Part shown: in pieces, positions 47,135 to 55,176 of the stretch
Layout of the letters: each line of letters starts with the position of its first letter
Position numbering within the stretch: position 1 is the stretch's first letter
Origin: a virus
Virus record (IMG/VR): IMGVR_UViG_3300045988_078288
DNA length: 64,000 nucleotides
Reading direction: 5' to 3' (one strand)
The notes under the pieces: model-generated
Databases searched by the model: none
What the model was told of the DNA's origin: nothing
What the model saw: only the letters and a program-made list of their open reading frames with translations
Made by a program: the position numbers and the translations under genes

Positions 47135-47925
47135 CGTGCTCGCTATTTTGGAAATTTCAAGCGGTTCGACTCCGCTTATAGCGTCTAACATACTCGCTAT
47201 TATTACATAATAGCCCTACGGCAGCGACCAGAAGGAAGCCGTTTGTAATTCCGCTAACCTTTGTTTCAGCAATACAAACTCTCTTGTTTGTCACTTGCAC
47301 AGGCACAGGTCGGGTGAATAACCCGACAGGGCGGCGTGTGTCAGGTAGATAGCCACTACCCACACACGGCGGACTTAGCGCAGAGAGCAGCGCAGCCGAC
47401 AAGGCGGCTGCTTGATGTGCGACGACTGAAGGCAGCGAAACGAGAAGAGCGGAAAGACAGACGGCAAACTGAGGAAGCAGTGCGAGTCCGGCGTGAGGAC
47501 TGCGAGAAATTAAAAATAATTCATAATTCATATTCTACGTTTGGCACACATGGACGAGTTCCTAACGTGCTGCGCTTGTTACGGCTGCGCGCTCTGGTTA
47601 AAAAGCAGCCGTCACGGATAGTTATTGCTTATTCCGTGTGAGGTATTACCAAAAAATCTGCAATACGTTCATAAGGTTGTACGTAGAGCCTAACTGCACA
47701 CAATGTGTGTGCGACGTGCGGGATTATCTCGTGAAAACGTGCGAGGAATTGGGCGGTTACTCGCTGCCGTTCTCTATGAGACGGCGACAATGCCCAAAGG
47801 GGTACGCTGTACAATATGGTGCAGCGTTCTGGGACACGCAAAGAGAGCGTGACTCCTTGGCAATGGCTGCGTGCGTGGTGACATTCACGCAGCTCCTATT
47901 ATCAACCAACTAAATTTATTGAATT
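47135..47925 (+). ncRNA. Gene-poor, hairpin-rich 0.8-kb segment (candidate structured RNA; coding status unresolved)
   Basis: No ORF has the operon start context. Stems at 47309-27, 47335-68, 47392-411, 47581-612, 47696-712 and 47866-93. Purine-rich tract at about 47418-47510. Confidence 0.3.
47141..47184 (+). other. tRNA-like T-arm plus acceptor minihelix (tRNA 3' fragment or tRNA-like element)
   Basis: AGCGG-TTCGACT-CCGCT is a canonical T-arm (GTTCGAnTC loop). The following TATAGCG pairs with CGCTAT(T) at 47141-47147. No D or anticodon arm can be folded. Confidence 0.45.
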
Positions 47926-48171
47926 ATGGAAGAGAAAGAAAAAAGCGTAGCAATAGCAATGTACAATTATTTCCTTGAAACGCTGAAGGGCAAGGAAACG
48001 TTCGAGGGCAAGCATCATTTTTTGAAGCCTGCGAACGGATACTCATTTCTTTACATTGAGGACGGCAAACTGATAGTATCAGGCGGAGGCGTTGAAACAC
48101 ACGCTATCAACATTGACAATAAAATGGATATGCTCCTTCTCACCTTTGCGTACTATCGTGTTTTCGTTTAA
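47926..48171 (+). CDS. Hypothetical protein
   Basis: 81 aa with start context GAATTATG. Followed by a GCCTAAA-hairpin module. Confidence 0.55.
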   Translation: MEEKEKSVAIAMYNYFLETLKGKETFEGKHHFLKPANGYSFLYIEDGKLIVSGGGVETHAINIDNKMDMLLLTFAYYRVFV

Positions 48172-48236
48172 CGCCTAAAAGGTAGCCGACAGGCTGCCAC
48201 CATTAACCATTTTATTAACAATTAAAAAAAAGAATT

Positions 48237-48314
48237 ATGAAAGAGTTTATTTATTTCTCAACCATGTGCTATGTAGTATTTTACGCTTTATGTCTTGGTT
48301 ACTCAATCGTATAA
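48237..48314 (+). CDS. Possible 25-aa hydrophobic peptide
   Basis: GAATTATG context. Sequence is MKEFIYFSTMCYVVFYALCLGYSIV. Too short to score. Confidence 0.25.
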   Translation: MKEFIYFSTMCYVVFYALCLGYSIV

Positions 48315-48381
48315 TAGCGAGCGTCCAAAATCATGGCAGCATTGCGCTGCCAACAATACCAACCAATAAAATTATAAGATT

Positions 48382-48624
48382 ATGAAGAAAAGACAGATTA
48401 TCTATTCAAGTACGATAATTGTGCTTGGAATTATCCAGTTGCTCCCGTGTGTGTTGCTTGTAAGCAGTACGATAATTGGGAATGTGCTTGGAATTTTCTA
48501 CGCTCTTCTTGTGACGTTCATCTGGACGAGTACGAAAAATGGTCGATGGTTCTGCGTTGAGCTATACCGCAGTACGCTGCGCTTGGAAAAATTCCTGCTC
48601 GGCTGCAACGTGGAGAGTGATTAG
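48382..48624 (+). CDS. Small membrane protein, hypothetical
   Basis: 80 aa with two hydrophobic helices. Contains two of the 22-nt direct repeats. Confidence 0.5.
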   Translation: MKKRQIIYSSTIIVLGIIQLLPCVLLVSSTIIGNVLGIFYALLVTFIWTSTKNGRWFCVELYRSTLRLEKFLLGCNVESD

Positions 48625-48644
48625 TACGATAATTGTGCTTGGAA
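48409..48644 (+). repeat. Three direct copies of AGTACGATAATTGTGCTTGGAA
   Basis: Exact 22-mers at 48409-48430 and 48623-48644. A copy with a 6-nt insertion is at 48466-48493. The third copy lies outside and out of frame with the CDS. Confidence 0.8.
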
Positions 48645-48706
48645 ACTTTCAGCCTAAATGCTGCCCTGCGATGTGGGGCAGTACGATAAATCAACCTTAC
48701 AGAATT

Positions 48707-48901
48707 ATGAGACAGATAGAAATGCGCAGAGTCAAGCGTGACGAGTTTTTCCGCTTGGCAAATTCGGAGTCCGCTCCCGTTTGGGTGCGTGACGAGTACA
48801 ACAGAAGTTCCAAAAAATTCGAGGCGTACAAGTACGACAATGTGAATTATTGGAGCGAGTTCAAAGGTTCACGCCTTGTTTATGTGGATTTTGTGTTCTG
48901 A
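48707..48901 (+). CDS. Hypothetical protein
   Basis: 64 aa from the ATG at 48707 (GAATTATG context). The longer track ORF upstream runs through the intergenic module. Confidence 0.5.
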   Translation: MRQIEMRRVKRDEFFRLANSESAPVWVRDEYNRSSKKFEAYKYDNVNYWSEFKGSRLVYVDFVF

Positions 48902-48970
48902 AAAATTCAGCCTTAAAAACTGCCTGCAAGTCGGGCAGTACGATAAGTAACCAATTAAAGACAAAGGATT

Positions 48971-49237
48971 ATGAAGTTCAAGACATTTTTATTGATTGAA
49001 GCAATCAGATGTGAAGGACTTGACAATGGTCAGTGGGATATCTATTGGCACGTCATCCCTGTGGACACAAAAGAGTTCTACGGAACGAGAGAAAGTCACA
49101 CGCTTCCTGTGGGAGCGTGGATAGCGGTCTACAAATGGAACCATGAAAGGATGGGTTTAATTGACAAGCTCTCTCCTGACTTACATCTGAGTATCAACGA
49201 CAAAGAAGAAGTTCTTTTCTTCAATGTCAGCGAATAG
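48971..49237 (+). CDS. Hypothetical protein (paralog of 50257-50529)
   Basis: 88 aa. Shares EGLDN.QW...VDTKEFYGT...TLP.G.WIAVYK...LFFNVS with its paralog. Confidence 0.6.
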   Translation: MKFKTFLLIEAIRCEGLDNGQWDIYWHVIPVDTKEFYGTRESHTLPVGAWIAVYKWNHERMGLIDKLSPDLHLSINDKEEVLFFNVSE

Positions 49238-49295
49238 TTCACGCCAAAACGCCACTCTTATTTGGGTGGCTCTATCAACCAAAACCAAAAGAATT

Positions 49296-49472
49296 ATGAC
49301 AAACGGAGACAGAATGTTTCTTGCTGCGATTGTGGCAAGCTACAAGAGAGTTATTTCAGCTGAGTGTGAGAGAAGACACCTTGACGAGCGTGAGTATTCA
49401 CGGAGAGCTGCGAAAGCAGACAGGAAAGCGAAGGAGATAGAACGTCATTGCTCTCGTCCGCGTTGTTTCTAA
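49296..49472 (+). CDS. Hypothetical small basic protein
   Basis: 58 aa from a GAATTATG start. Confidence 0.45.
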   Translation: MTNGDRMFLAAIVASYKRVISAECERRHLDEREYSRRAAKADRKAKEIERHCSRPRCF

Positions 49473-49534
49473 GCCTAAAATGGACGTATCGCAAATGATG
49501 CGTCCGCACATCATTAACAACTAAAATTAGAATT

Positions 49535-49858
49535 ATGGAATACTTTAAGACGCAAGAGTACCACACACGCATCGACGTGTATTTTGATGGTGAGAAATAC
49601 GTTTTTATCAACGCTTTTCACGGAATTGTCGCAGTAGCGAGAAGACAGGGACTTGTTGATTTTTCACAGGACGGAAATATGGCTCACGCCAGTTTTGAGG
49701 TGGAAAAATCTTCCACTATAAGCAGAAGTACAATTACCCGTCTTATTCACAAGCAGGAGAGCAAGTATGTGAGTGCCGTTGTTAACTGCGAATGGAACGA
49801 TGTAAAATGTGAGAGTCTTCCTTATTTCGTCAGTGTAGCCCTCGAAAAACGAGATTAG
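49535..49858 (+). CDS. Hypothetical protein
   Basis: 107 aa with a GAATTATG start. Confidence 0.55.
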   Translation: MEYFKTQEYHTRIDVYFDGEKYVFINAFHGIVAVARRQGLVDFSQDGNMAHASFEVEKSSTISRSTITRLIHKQESKYVSAVVNCEWNDVKCESLPYFVSVALEKRD

Positions 49859-49912
49859 TCTAAAAAGGGTAGCCGTTTGGCTACCTCTACAAACCAATTA
49901 AATTACAAAATT

Positions 49913-50047
49913 ATGAGTACAAGAAGAATTGAGTGCAAAGGTGCAGCGTTTATGGAAAGAGTTTTCGCAAAGATGCAGGAAATCTACACACACGTTGAGT
50001 TCCTTGGTTACGACGGCAAATTTCTGACCGTGGCTTACATTGTCTAA
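49913..50047 (+). CDS. Possible 44-aa protein
   Basis: AAATTATG context. Sequence is MSTRRIECKGAAFMERVFAKMQEIYTHVEFLGYDGKFLTVAYIV. Confidence 0.35.
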   Translation: MSTRRIECKGAAFMERVFAKMQEIYTHVEFLGYDGKFLTVAYIV

Positions 50048-50060
50048 AAACTTTAGGATT

Positions 50061-50204
50061 ATGGAAGAAAGAGAAATGATTATTCTCTGCGACGGCTCGT
50101 CGCTGTACGCAGATGTAGACGTGACGGAGTTGAAAGATGGACGCTGGCACGGAACGTGGAACGGACACAACCTGACGTTTCACGGCGGCACGTGGATGGA
50201 GTGA
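50061..50204 (+). CDS. Possible 47-aa protein
   Basis: GGATTATG context. Sequence is MEEREMIILCDGSSLYADVDVTELKDGRWHGTWNGHNLTFHGGTWME. Confidence 0.35.
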   Translation: MEEREMIILCDGSSLYADVDVTELKDGRWHGTWNGHNLTFHGGTWME

Positions 50205-50256
50205 CTAACGCCTAAAATCCTACGCAGTTGCGTAGGGACTATTAACCAATAAATTT

Positions 50257-50529
50257 ATGATTATGACATTAAAGACATTCAAAGTATTCGACGCAATCAA
50301 TCGTGAGGGATTAGATAACACTCAGTGGCTTATTCATGTGCACTTTGAGTCCGTAGACACAAAGGAGTTTTACGGAACGAACGAAAACCGCACGCTGCCC
50401 GCAGGCGTTTGGATAGCCGTGTACAAGAAGCGTGGCGATACGCTCTATTATTTCTCTTGTCTCAAGCCCGATTTGTGCCTTGATATATTCGAGGACGAGG
50501 AGCTGTTATTCTTCAACGTGAGCGATTAG
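50257..50529 (+). CDS. Hypothetical protein (paralog of 48971-49237)
   Basis: The 90-aa track ORF starts at the ATG at 50257. A second ATG at 50263 has the GATTATG context. Confidence 0.6.
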   Translation: MIMTLKTFKVFDAINREGLDNTQWLIHVHFESVDTKEFYGTNENRTLPAGVWIAVYKKRGDTLYYFSCLKPDLCLDIFEDEELLFFNVSD

Positions 50530-50585
50530 CCTAAACTGGCAGTGTAACGCTGCCAACAATATCTAATCAATTAAATTATAGAATT

Positions 50586-50870
50586 ATGACACAAGAACAA
50601 TTAAGCGAGTTGCAGCACGTAAAAGAGCTGTTTAAAAAATTGCAGGAGTTGCAGTATTCAACGATTGGCGACCCTGCCCTGTCCGTAAGCTTGGGTGCTG
50701 GCGGTTATTTACATTCCATAAGCGTTTTTGTTCACGTCAGCGAGGAGTATTCCAATGGAAAAGCGCTTGGGTCGTTTACTCTGGCTGTATTTCTTTCCTC
50801 TAAAGAGAACGAGGATGCCTGCAACGCCTGCATTGCGTTTGTGAACGCACACCGCACACTCAGAGCCTAA
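50586..50870 (+). CDS. Hypothetical protein
   Basis: 94 aa with a GAATTATG start. The stop lies inside the GCCTAAA box. Confidence 0.55.
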   Translation: MTQEQLSELQHVKELFKKLQELQYSTIGDPALSVSLGAGGYLHSISVFVHVSEEYSNGKALGSFTLAVFLSSKENEDACNACIAFVNAHRTLRA

Positions 50871-50919
50871 ACTGGTAGCCGTTTGGCTGCCAACTATTAA
50901 CCAACCAAATCACATAATT

Positions 50920-51087
50920 ATGAATACAGAGAAAAATTTTGTAGTGCTTGAGTTTTACCCGAGTTTTACACCGAGAGTCGTGCGTGAGTTTACGACCCGT
51001 GAGGACGCAGTGAAGTTTGCCGAGCTTATGAAGAAAAGCGAGACAGGCAGACATACCTACGCAGTATTTTCACGCATTGAGCCGTAG
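50920..51087 (+). CDS. Possible 55-aa protein
   Basis: TAATTATG context. Sequence is MNTEKNFVVLEFYPSFTPRVVREFTTREDAVKFAELMKKSETGRHTYAVFSRIEP. Confidence 0.4.
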   Translation: MNTEKNFVVLEFYPSFTPRVVREFTTREDAVKFAELMKKSETGRHTYAVFSRIEP

Positions 51088-51147
51088 AGCCTAAAATCGG
51101 GCGGTACGATAATTCGTGCCGTCTGCCATTAACCAAACAGAATTTTT

Positions 51148-51312
51148 ATGACACAGAATTATTTCGTGTTCCCTCCTTTCGAGGTGTACACAGGCGAACA
51201 ACTTACAAAAGAAGTCAAACAGAGTTTAATTGCCCGTGGTTTGAAATGCGTTGCGGTTGTCTTCAACTGCGAGAGTTACGAAGATTTCGAGCGCAAATAC
51301 TTCGGCAGATAG
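51148..51312 (+). CDS. Possible 54-aa protein
   Basis: Sequence is MTQNYFVFPPFEVYTGEQLTKEVKQSLIARGLKCVAVVFNCESYEDFERKYFGR. Flanked by modules. Confidence 0.4.
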   Translation: MTQNYFVFPPFEVYTGEQLTKEVKQSLIARGLKCVAVVFNCESYEDFERKYFGR

Positions 51313-51366
51313 CCTAAACAGCGGAGATATTTCTCCGCTACTATTACCCAATGAAATTTTAGAATT

Positions 51367-51732
51367 ATGAAAACAGAAATTCCCTGCCCTATCAACGAGA
51401 AAGACTTATGTAGCGACGTTCTCTTCGACGATCTTTTCGACGATAATACGTATTGCTGCGACGGACACGGCGTGCTGATAGGATTTATCCATCGTCACGT
51501 TGTCAAGATAAGTTACAGATACGGCTCAAGTTCCGTACGCCTCGAAGTTCTCGACCATCCGCTCAGCTCGGACATCAAGTCACGGATTATCCAATGGCTT
51601 GAAATCGTCTGCACCGGTGTCAACGAAAATTCCCTTGATGCTAACACAAAGCTACACACCACTGTCTTTTACTACGAGAACACGCGTATCAGTGATATTA
51701 TCTTCAAGTACAGCACGGACGAACCGACCTAA
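51367..51732 (+). CDS. Hypothetical protein
   Basis: 121 aa with a GAATTATG start. Confidence 0.55.
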   Translation: MKTEIPCPINEKDLCSDVLFDDLFDDNTYCCDGHGVLIGFIHRHVVKISYRYGSSSVRLEVLDHPLSSDIKSRIIQWLEIVCTGVNENSLDANTKLHTTVFYYENTRISDIIFKYSTDEPT

Positions 51733-51781
51733 AAAGCCTCCATCCTCGGAGGCACATACAAACCAATTAAATCATTGAATT

Positions 51782-51964
51782 ATGCTAAGAGACAGAAATT
51801 GCGACAAGAATTTTGAACGTTCGTTGATGTATCAGATAAACAAGGCAAAGATTGCTGCTCGCAAGATGCACAACGCACGTATGACCGACTACAATGATCC
51901 GAAATCTGAGAATGATTTTCACGACGCTATTGTTGAGATTGTAGCCATTGCTTATCACGATTGA
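51782..51964 (+). CDS. Hypothetical small protein
   Basis: 60 aa with a GAATTATG start. Confidence 0.45.
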   Translation: MLRDRNCDKNFERSLMYQINKAKIAARKMHNARMTDYNDPKSENDFHDAIVEIVAIAYHD

Positions 51965-52028
51965 GCCTAAACAACCCGTTACGTTTTGTCACGGGTTCAT
52001 TTTATCAACCATTTAAAATTTTAGGATT

Positions 52029-52421
52029 ATGAAAAAGAACCCACGAGATTACAAAGTGAACGGCAAAATGTATGCTTACATCCTTGACTCCATCTCTTCC
52101 GATGATGTAGATGTAGAGTCTATGTCTGACAAGGAGCGCATTGAGTTTGCGCTTGATATGTTCTACGATGAAATCTACAAAAACGACAGGCGCAGAATGT
52201 CTACTCTGGAGAAACTGACATACTGGATTAGTGGTCTGTGCTCTACTGTGAGTGTTACCTTTGCAGATTACGACATTGCACAGCTTGGCAAGGAGTGGGG
52301 TTATTGCAGAACAGACGCAAGAACCTCGCAGTTTGTACGTACATGGTTTGAGCGCATCGCCAATGGTATTCTGCGCCTTGCAAAGATTTACGGCGTGGAT
52401 ATGAGCCGTTTCCGTCGCTAA
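52029..52421 (+). CDS. Hypothetical protein
   Basis: 130 aa with a GGATTATG start. Confidence 0.55.
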   Translation: MKKNPRDYKVNGKMYAYILDSISSDDVDVESMSDKERIEFALDMFYDEIYKNDRRRMSTLEKLTYWISGLCSTVSVTFADYDIAQLGKEWGYCRTDARTSQFVRTWFERIANGILRLAKIYGVDMSRFRR

Positions 52422-52484
52422 TGCCTTAAAATCCTGCGTGACGATTGCACGCAGGAACAATTACAAACCAACAAAAATAAGATT

Positions 52485-52853
52485 ATGAAGAAAAGAACTT
52501 ACAAGACGCTCGCCGGCTTACTTAGAGCAAACGGCGAGCAGCAGTTTACAATGAGCGACTTTTTAGGCGGACAAATCTACGATAATAAGCATTATAAATG
52601 GCGTCCGTTCGAGCTTACCGACAACGCTCTGTGTGAGCTGTCTGACGGCTTCTGTCAAGCACTGGGCTGTCAGAAAAGAAAGTACGACGAGGTATTCCAC
52701 AACATGAAGTACGGCAGAATCGAGAACTGTGGCATACTTTCCCGTCTGTGGGTTGAGCTGCGTGGCAACAAGCCGAGCTTTACCTACTGCGTAGGACAGG
52801 ACGGAGGTTATGAATATCCGCTTGTCAAGAGAATCCTGTATCGTGGTTATTGA
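52485..52853 (+). CDS. Hypothetical protein
   Basis: 122 aa with an AGATTATG start. Confidence 0.55.
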   Translation: MKKRTYKTLAGLLRANGEQQFTMSDFLGGQIYDNKHYKWRPFELTDNALCELSDGFCQALGCQKRKYDEVFHNMKYGRIENCGILSRLWVELRGNKPSFTYCVGQDGGYEYPLVKRILYRGY

Positions 52854-52911
52854 GCCTCAACAAATCTGTGCAGCCTATCTGCACAGAACGACGTTTAACC
52901 CATTAAATATT

Positions 52912-53265
52912 ATGATTATGATAACAGATTATTACACAGCCGTACACTGGCTTGGAAATGCGTTTATCCTCTGCAACAATATTGTGGAGAATGACGAATC
53001 AGTAATTGAGAATATCGAGTATCCAGAGTGGACAAATGACAATGAAGACGGCAGGGACGGAATCGAGATATTCCAGTGGTTTCTCACTAACATGAGCGGC
53101 GAAGATAAGGAATGGATGCAGAAGAATTTCCCTGACCTTATCTTCTCTTACTCAGACAAGCTCGACTTGTGGATTCTTTGCGTAGATCATTTCGGAACGA
53201 TGTGGAAGGGAGTTTCCACGACTACCAACTGCGAGAATGCAGCAAAAGCAAGCCAGCTGCTGTAG
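52912..53265 (+). CDS. Hypothetical acidic protein
   Basis: Tandem ATGs at 52912 and 52918 (TATGATTATG). About 116 aa. Confidence 0.5.
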   Translation: MIMITDYYTAVHWLGNAFILCNNIVENDESVIENIEYPEWTNDNEDGRDGIEIFQWFLTNMSGEDKEWMQKNFPDLIFSYSDKLDLWILCVDHFGTMWKGVSTTTNCENAAKASQLL

Positions 53266-53315
53266 CCAAACCAATCCTCACTCCCACGGGTGGGGATTTC
53301 TATTAACCAAATTTT

Positions 53316-53597
53316 ATGATTATGACGAGAGAAGAATTTATCGAAAAGTGCAACCATGTTGTTCGCAACTACAGAAACGTAGAGGAGTTTAACAAGTGTA
53401 TCAACCAAATACTCGACTCTGGCTGCATTGACTTGGATAAAGTTCCGCAGGATTACACTCCAGCCTATTGGGCTGTAGGTGCAATGTTTCAGCGGTCAGC
53501 CGACCAGTGCGTCAACGGAAGCGCTTACGAAGAAAGGCGCAGAAGAGACCGCAGAAAAGCTAAAAATATTGCGAAGTTCATTCCGTTGTGGTTTTGA
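53316..53597 (+). CDS. Hypothetical protein
   Basis: 93 aa with tandem ATGs at 53316 and 53322. Confidence 0.5.
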   Translation: MIMTREEFIEKCNHVVRNYRNVEEFNKCINQILDSGCIDLDKVPQDYTPAYWAVGAMFQRSADQCVNGSAYEERRRRDRRKAKNIAKFIPLWF

Positions 53598-53655
53598 TAA
53601 GCCTAAAAGACTCTCCCTTGTGGAGAGTGCAAGTATAACCTAAAAACAAAGAATT

Positions 53656-54195
53656 ATGGAAAAGAATATTGTAGAAGTTGTTATGAACAACAAAGGCGAG
53701 GTTGTCGAGAAGGTAGCCGACTACATCGGTGTTTTCAGTTTCGCTAAAACGATAGAAGCTCTTTATCGTGAGTGTCTTGAAGACTGCGACAATCCAGAGG
53801 ATATAGAGGAATACATTGCCGATTTGTACGGCAAGAATATCCAGTCTCTTGCGCGGGATTTTGCTCTTGAATCAAATAGAGACATGAAGAAATATCTTCA
53901 CATGAACAATCATAGTATGCCTGGAAATTTCGCAGACATCGAGGACGATTATCCCGCTCATATTACGGGTACACGTTGGTCTTCTGAGTATGCCGGAGAT
54001 GATTACTTCCGTCTGTTTCCTCAAATGGTTGCTCGTTTGGATTCCGCAGAAGACAGCGAGCGAGCTAAAGAGGATAGAGCATATCTTGAAGATTGGTTTT
54101 TCGATGCCTTCGGTACATACAACATCAAGTACAATTTCAGCAACTGGCTTTCTGAGATTGTGTACATGCGCGAAGAAGAACAGGCTATCGCCTAA
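53656..54195 (+). CDS. Strongly acidic hypothetical protein
   Basis: 179 aa with a large excess of Asp and Glu. GAATTATG start. Confidence 0.55.
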   Translation: MEKNIVEVVMNNKGEVVEKVADYIGVFSFAKTIEALYRECLEDCDNPEDIEEYIADLYGKNIQSLARDFALESNRDMKKYLHMNNHSMPGNFADIEDDYPAHITGTRWSSEYAGDDYFRLFPQMVARLDSAEDSERAKEDRAYLEDWFFDAFGTYNIKYNFSNWLSEIVYMREEEQAIA

Positions 54196-54242
54196 ACTGC
54201 CTCCCTTTTGGGAGGTACGATTAACCAACAAACAGAAGAATT

Positions 54243-54692
54243 ATGGCATTACAATGGAAATGGACTGACAAGATGGGCAAGGCAATCATCTCTCAGAACG
54301 AGAGAAAGTACGAGATTGGCATCTACGGCGGCAACGCTCTTGCGATATTCATCAGTGAGGACAAAGACTCATACCAGCTCTACAAGGCTGTCGCAGCGTT
54401 CAACCGTGACCGCCACAATCTCCGTTGGCAGACCAAGCAGTCAAAGGCGTTCACCGATGCCTACAAGGGCTCTGGTGCGTACTTCACGATGAAGAACCTC
54501 ATCCTGTTCCACGGCGCACGCTTCAATGGCTGCACCACGGCAAAGCAGTCGCTCGCACGCATGGAAAATCTCGCCTCGAACCTCGAAGGTTGGGAACTCC
54601 TCGGTGCAATGAAGCAGCTTATCAAGGACTCTGGCATCTCTGTCGAAAAGAAGATTGCCGAGTGGAAGAAACAGCCTGCAACTAAGAAGTAG
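54243..54692 (+). CDS. Hypothetical protein
   Basis: 149 aa with a GAATTATG start. Confidence 0.55.
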   Translation: MALQWKWTDKMGKAIISQNERKYEIGIYGGNALAIFISEDKDSYQLYKAVAAFNRDRHNLRWQTKQSKAFTDAYKGSGAYFTMKNLILFHGARFNGCTTAKQSLARMENLASNLEGWELLGAMKQLIKDSGISVEKKIAEWKKQPATKK

Positions 54693-54913
54693 TACGCAGC
54701 CAAGAAGGAATTGCCGTTCCGTCTGCGGTGGCTCGGCATCATTTATGAAAGCTCAGCAGAAGAAGGTTCCTTACCCGCCTATCGGTCAGGAACCTTCCTT
54801 GCAAGCTTTGAAATCACACGCTTACAGACAGACACCCGTCCGTGAGCCGCAGACAAGCCTAAACCTATCCGTTGTTCAGCAGCGGATAGCCTATCAACCA
54901 AAATTTGTTTATT

Positions 54914-55111
54914 ATGAAGTACAGAATTGTTTTCTACACCTTCGAGTACGAGGGTGTGAACGCAGCGTTGGACAAGTCAATGCCTATGTCACGCTATGCC
55001 TGCCGTAAGTATCTCCGCGAAAACGGATGGAAGTACGAGAAATCACGATGGCGCAACGGCTTCGGTTCGTTCGCCGCCATCGTGGAGTACAAGACACGCT
55101 CCGCAGCCTAA
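54914..55111 (+). CDS. Hypothetical small protein upstream of the RT
   Basis: 65 aa from the ATG at 54914 (TTATTATG). The stop lies inside the GCCTAAA box. Confidence 0.45.
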   Translation: MKYRIVFYTFEYEGVNAALDKSMPMSRYACRKYLRENGWKYEKSRWRNGFGSFAAIVEYKTRSAA

Positions 55112-55176
55112 ACCACAAGTGGTTACACATCGTAACCGCTTGACTTATTTACAAACCATTAAATAACAATAGAATT

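Noticed and set aside
47113-47184. A complete tRNA gene
   Set aside because: The T-arm and acceptor 3' strand are convincing. Neither possible 5' strand (47113 or 47141) allows a D-arm or anticodon stem: the candidate anticodon stem GCTCG/GGAAA does not pair. The intervening sequence is the terminator U-tract.
47157-47531. Minus-strand 124-aa ORF (Ala/Leu/Ser-rich, hydrophobic) inside the structured region
   Set aside because: It has an ATG in an AATATGAATTATG context and could be a membrane protein. However, its hydrophobic composition is what a pyrimidine-rich antisense strand yields by default. It is antisense to the whole operon and overlaps the tRNA-like element. It is left unresolved and not annotated.
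47336-47913. Plus-strand ORFs 47336-47641 and 47638-47913
   Set aside because: Both start at GTG without the operon start context. The second runs through the terminal module hairpin (47866-47893) and ends inside the ATCAACCAA tract. Treated as non-coding or uncertain.
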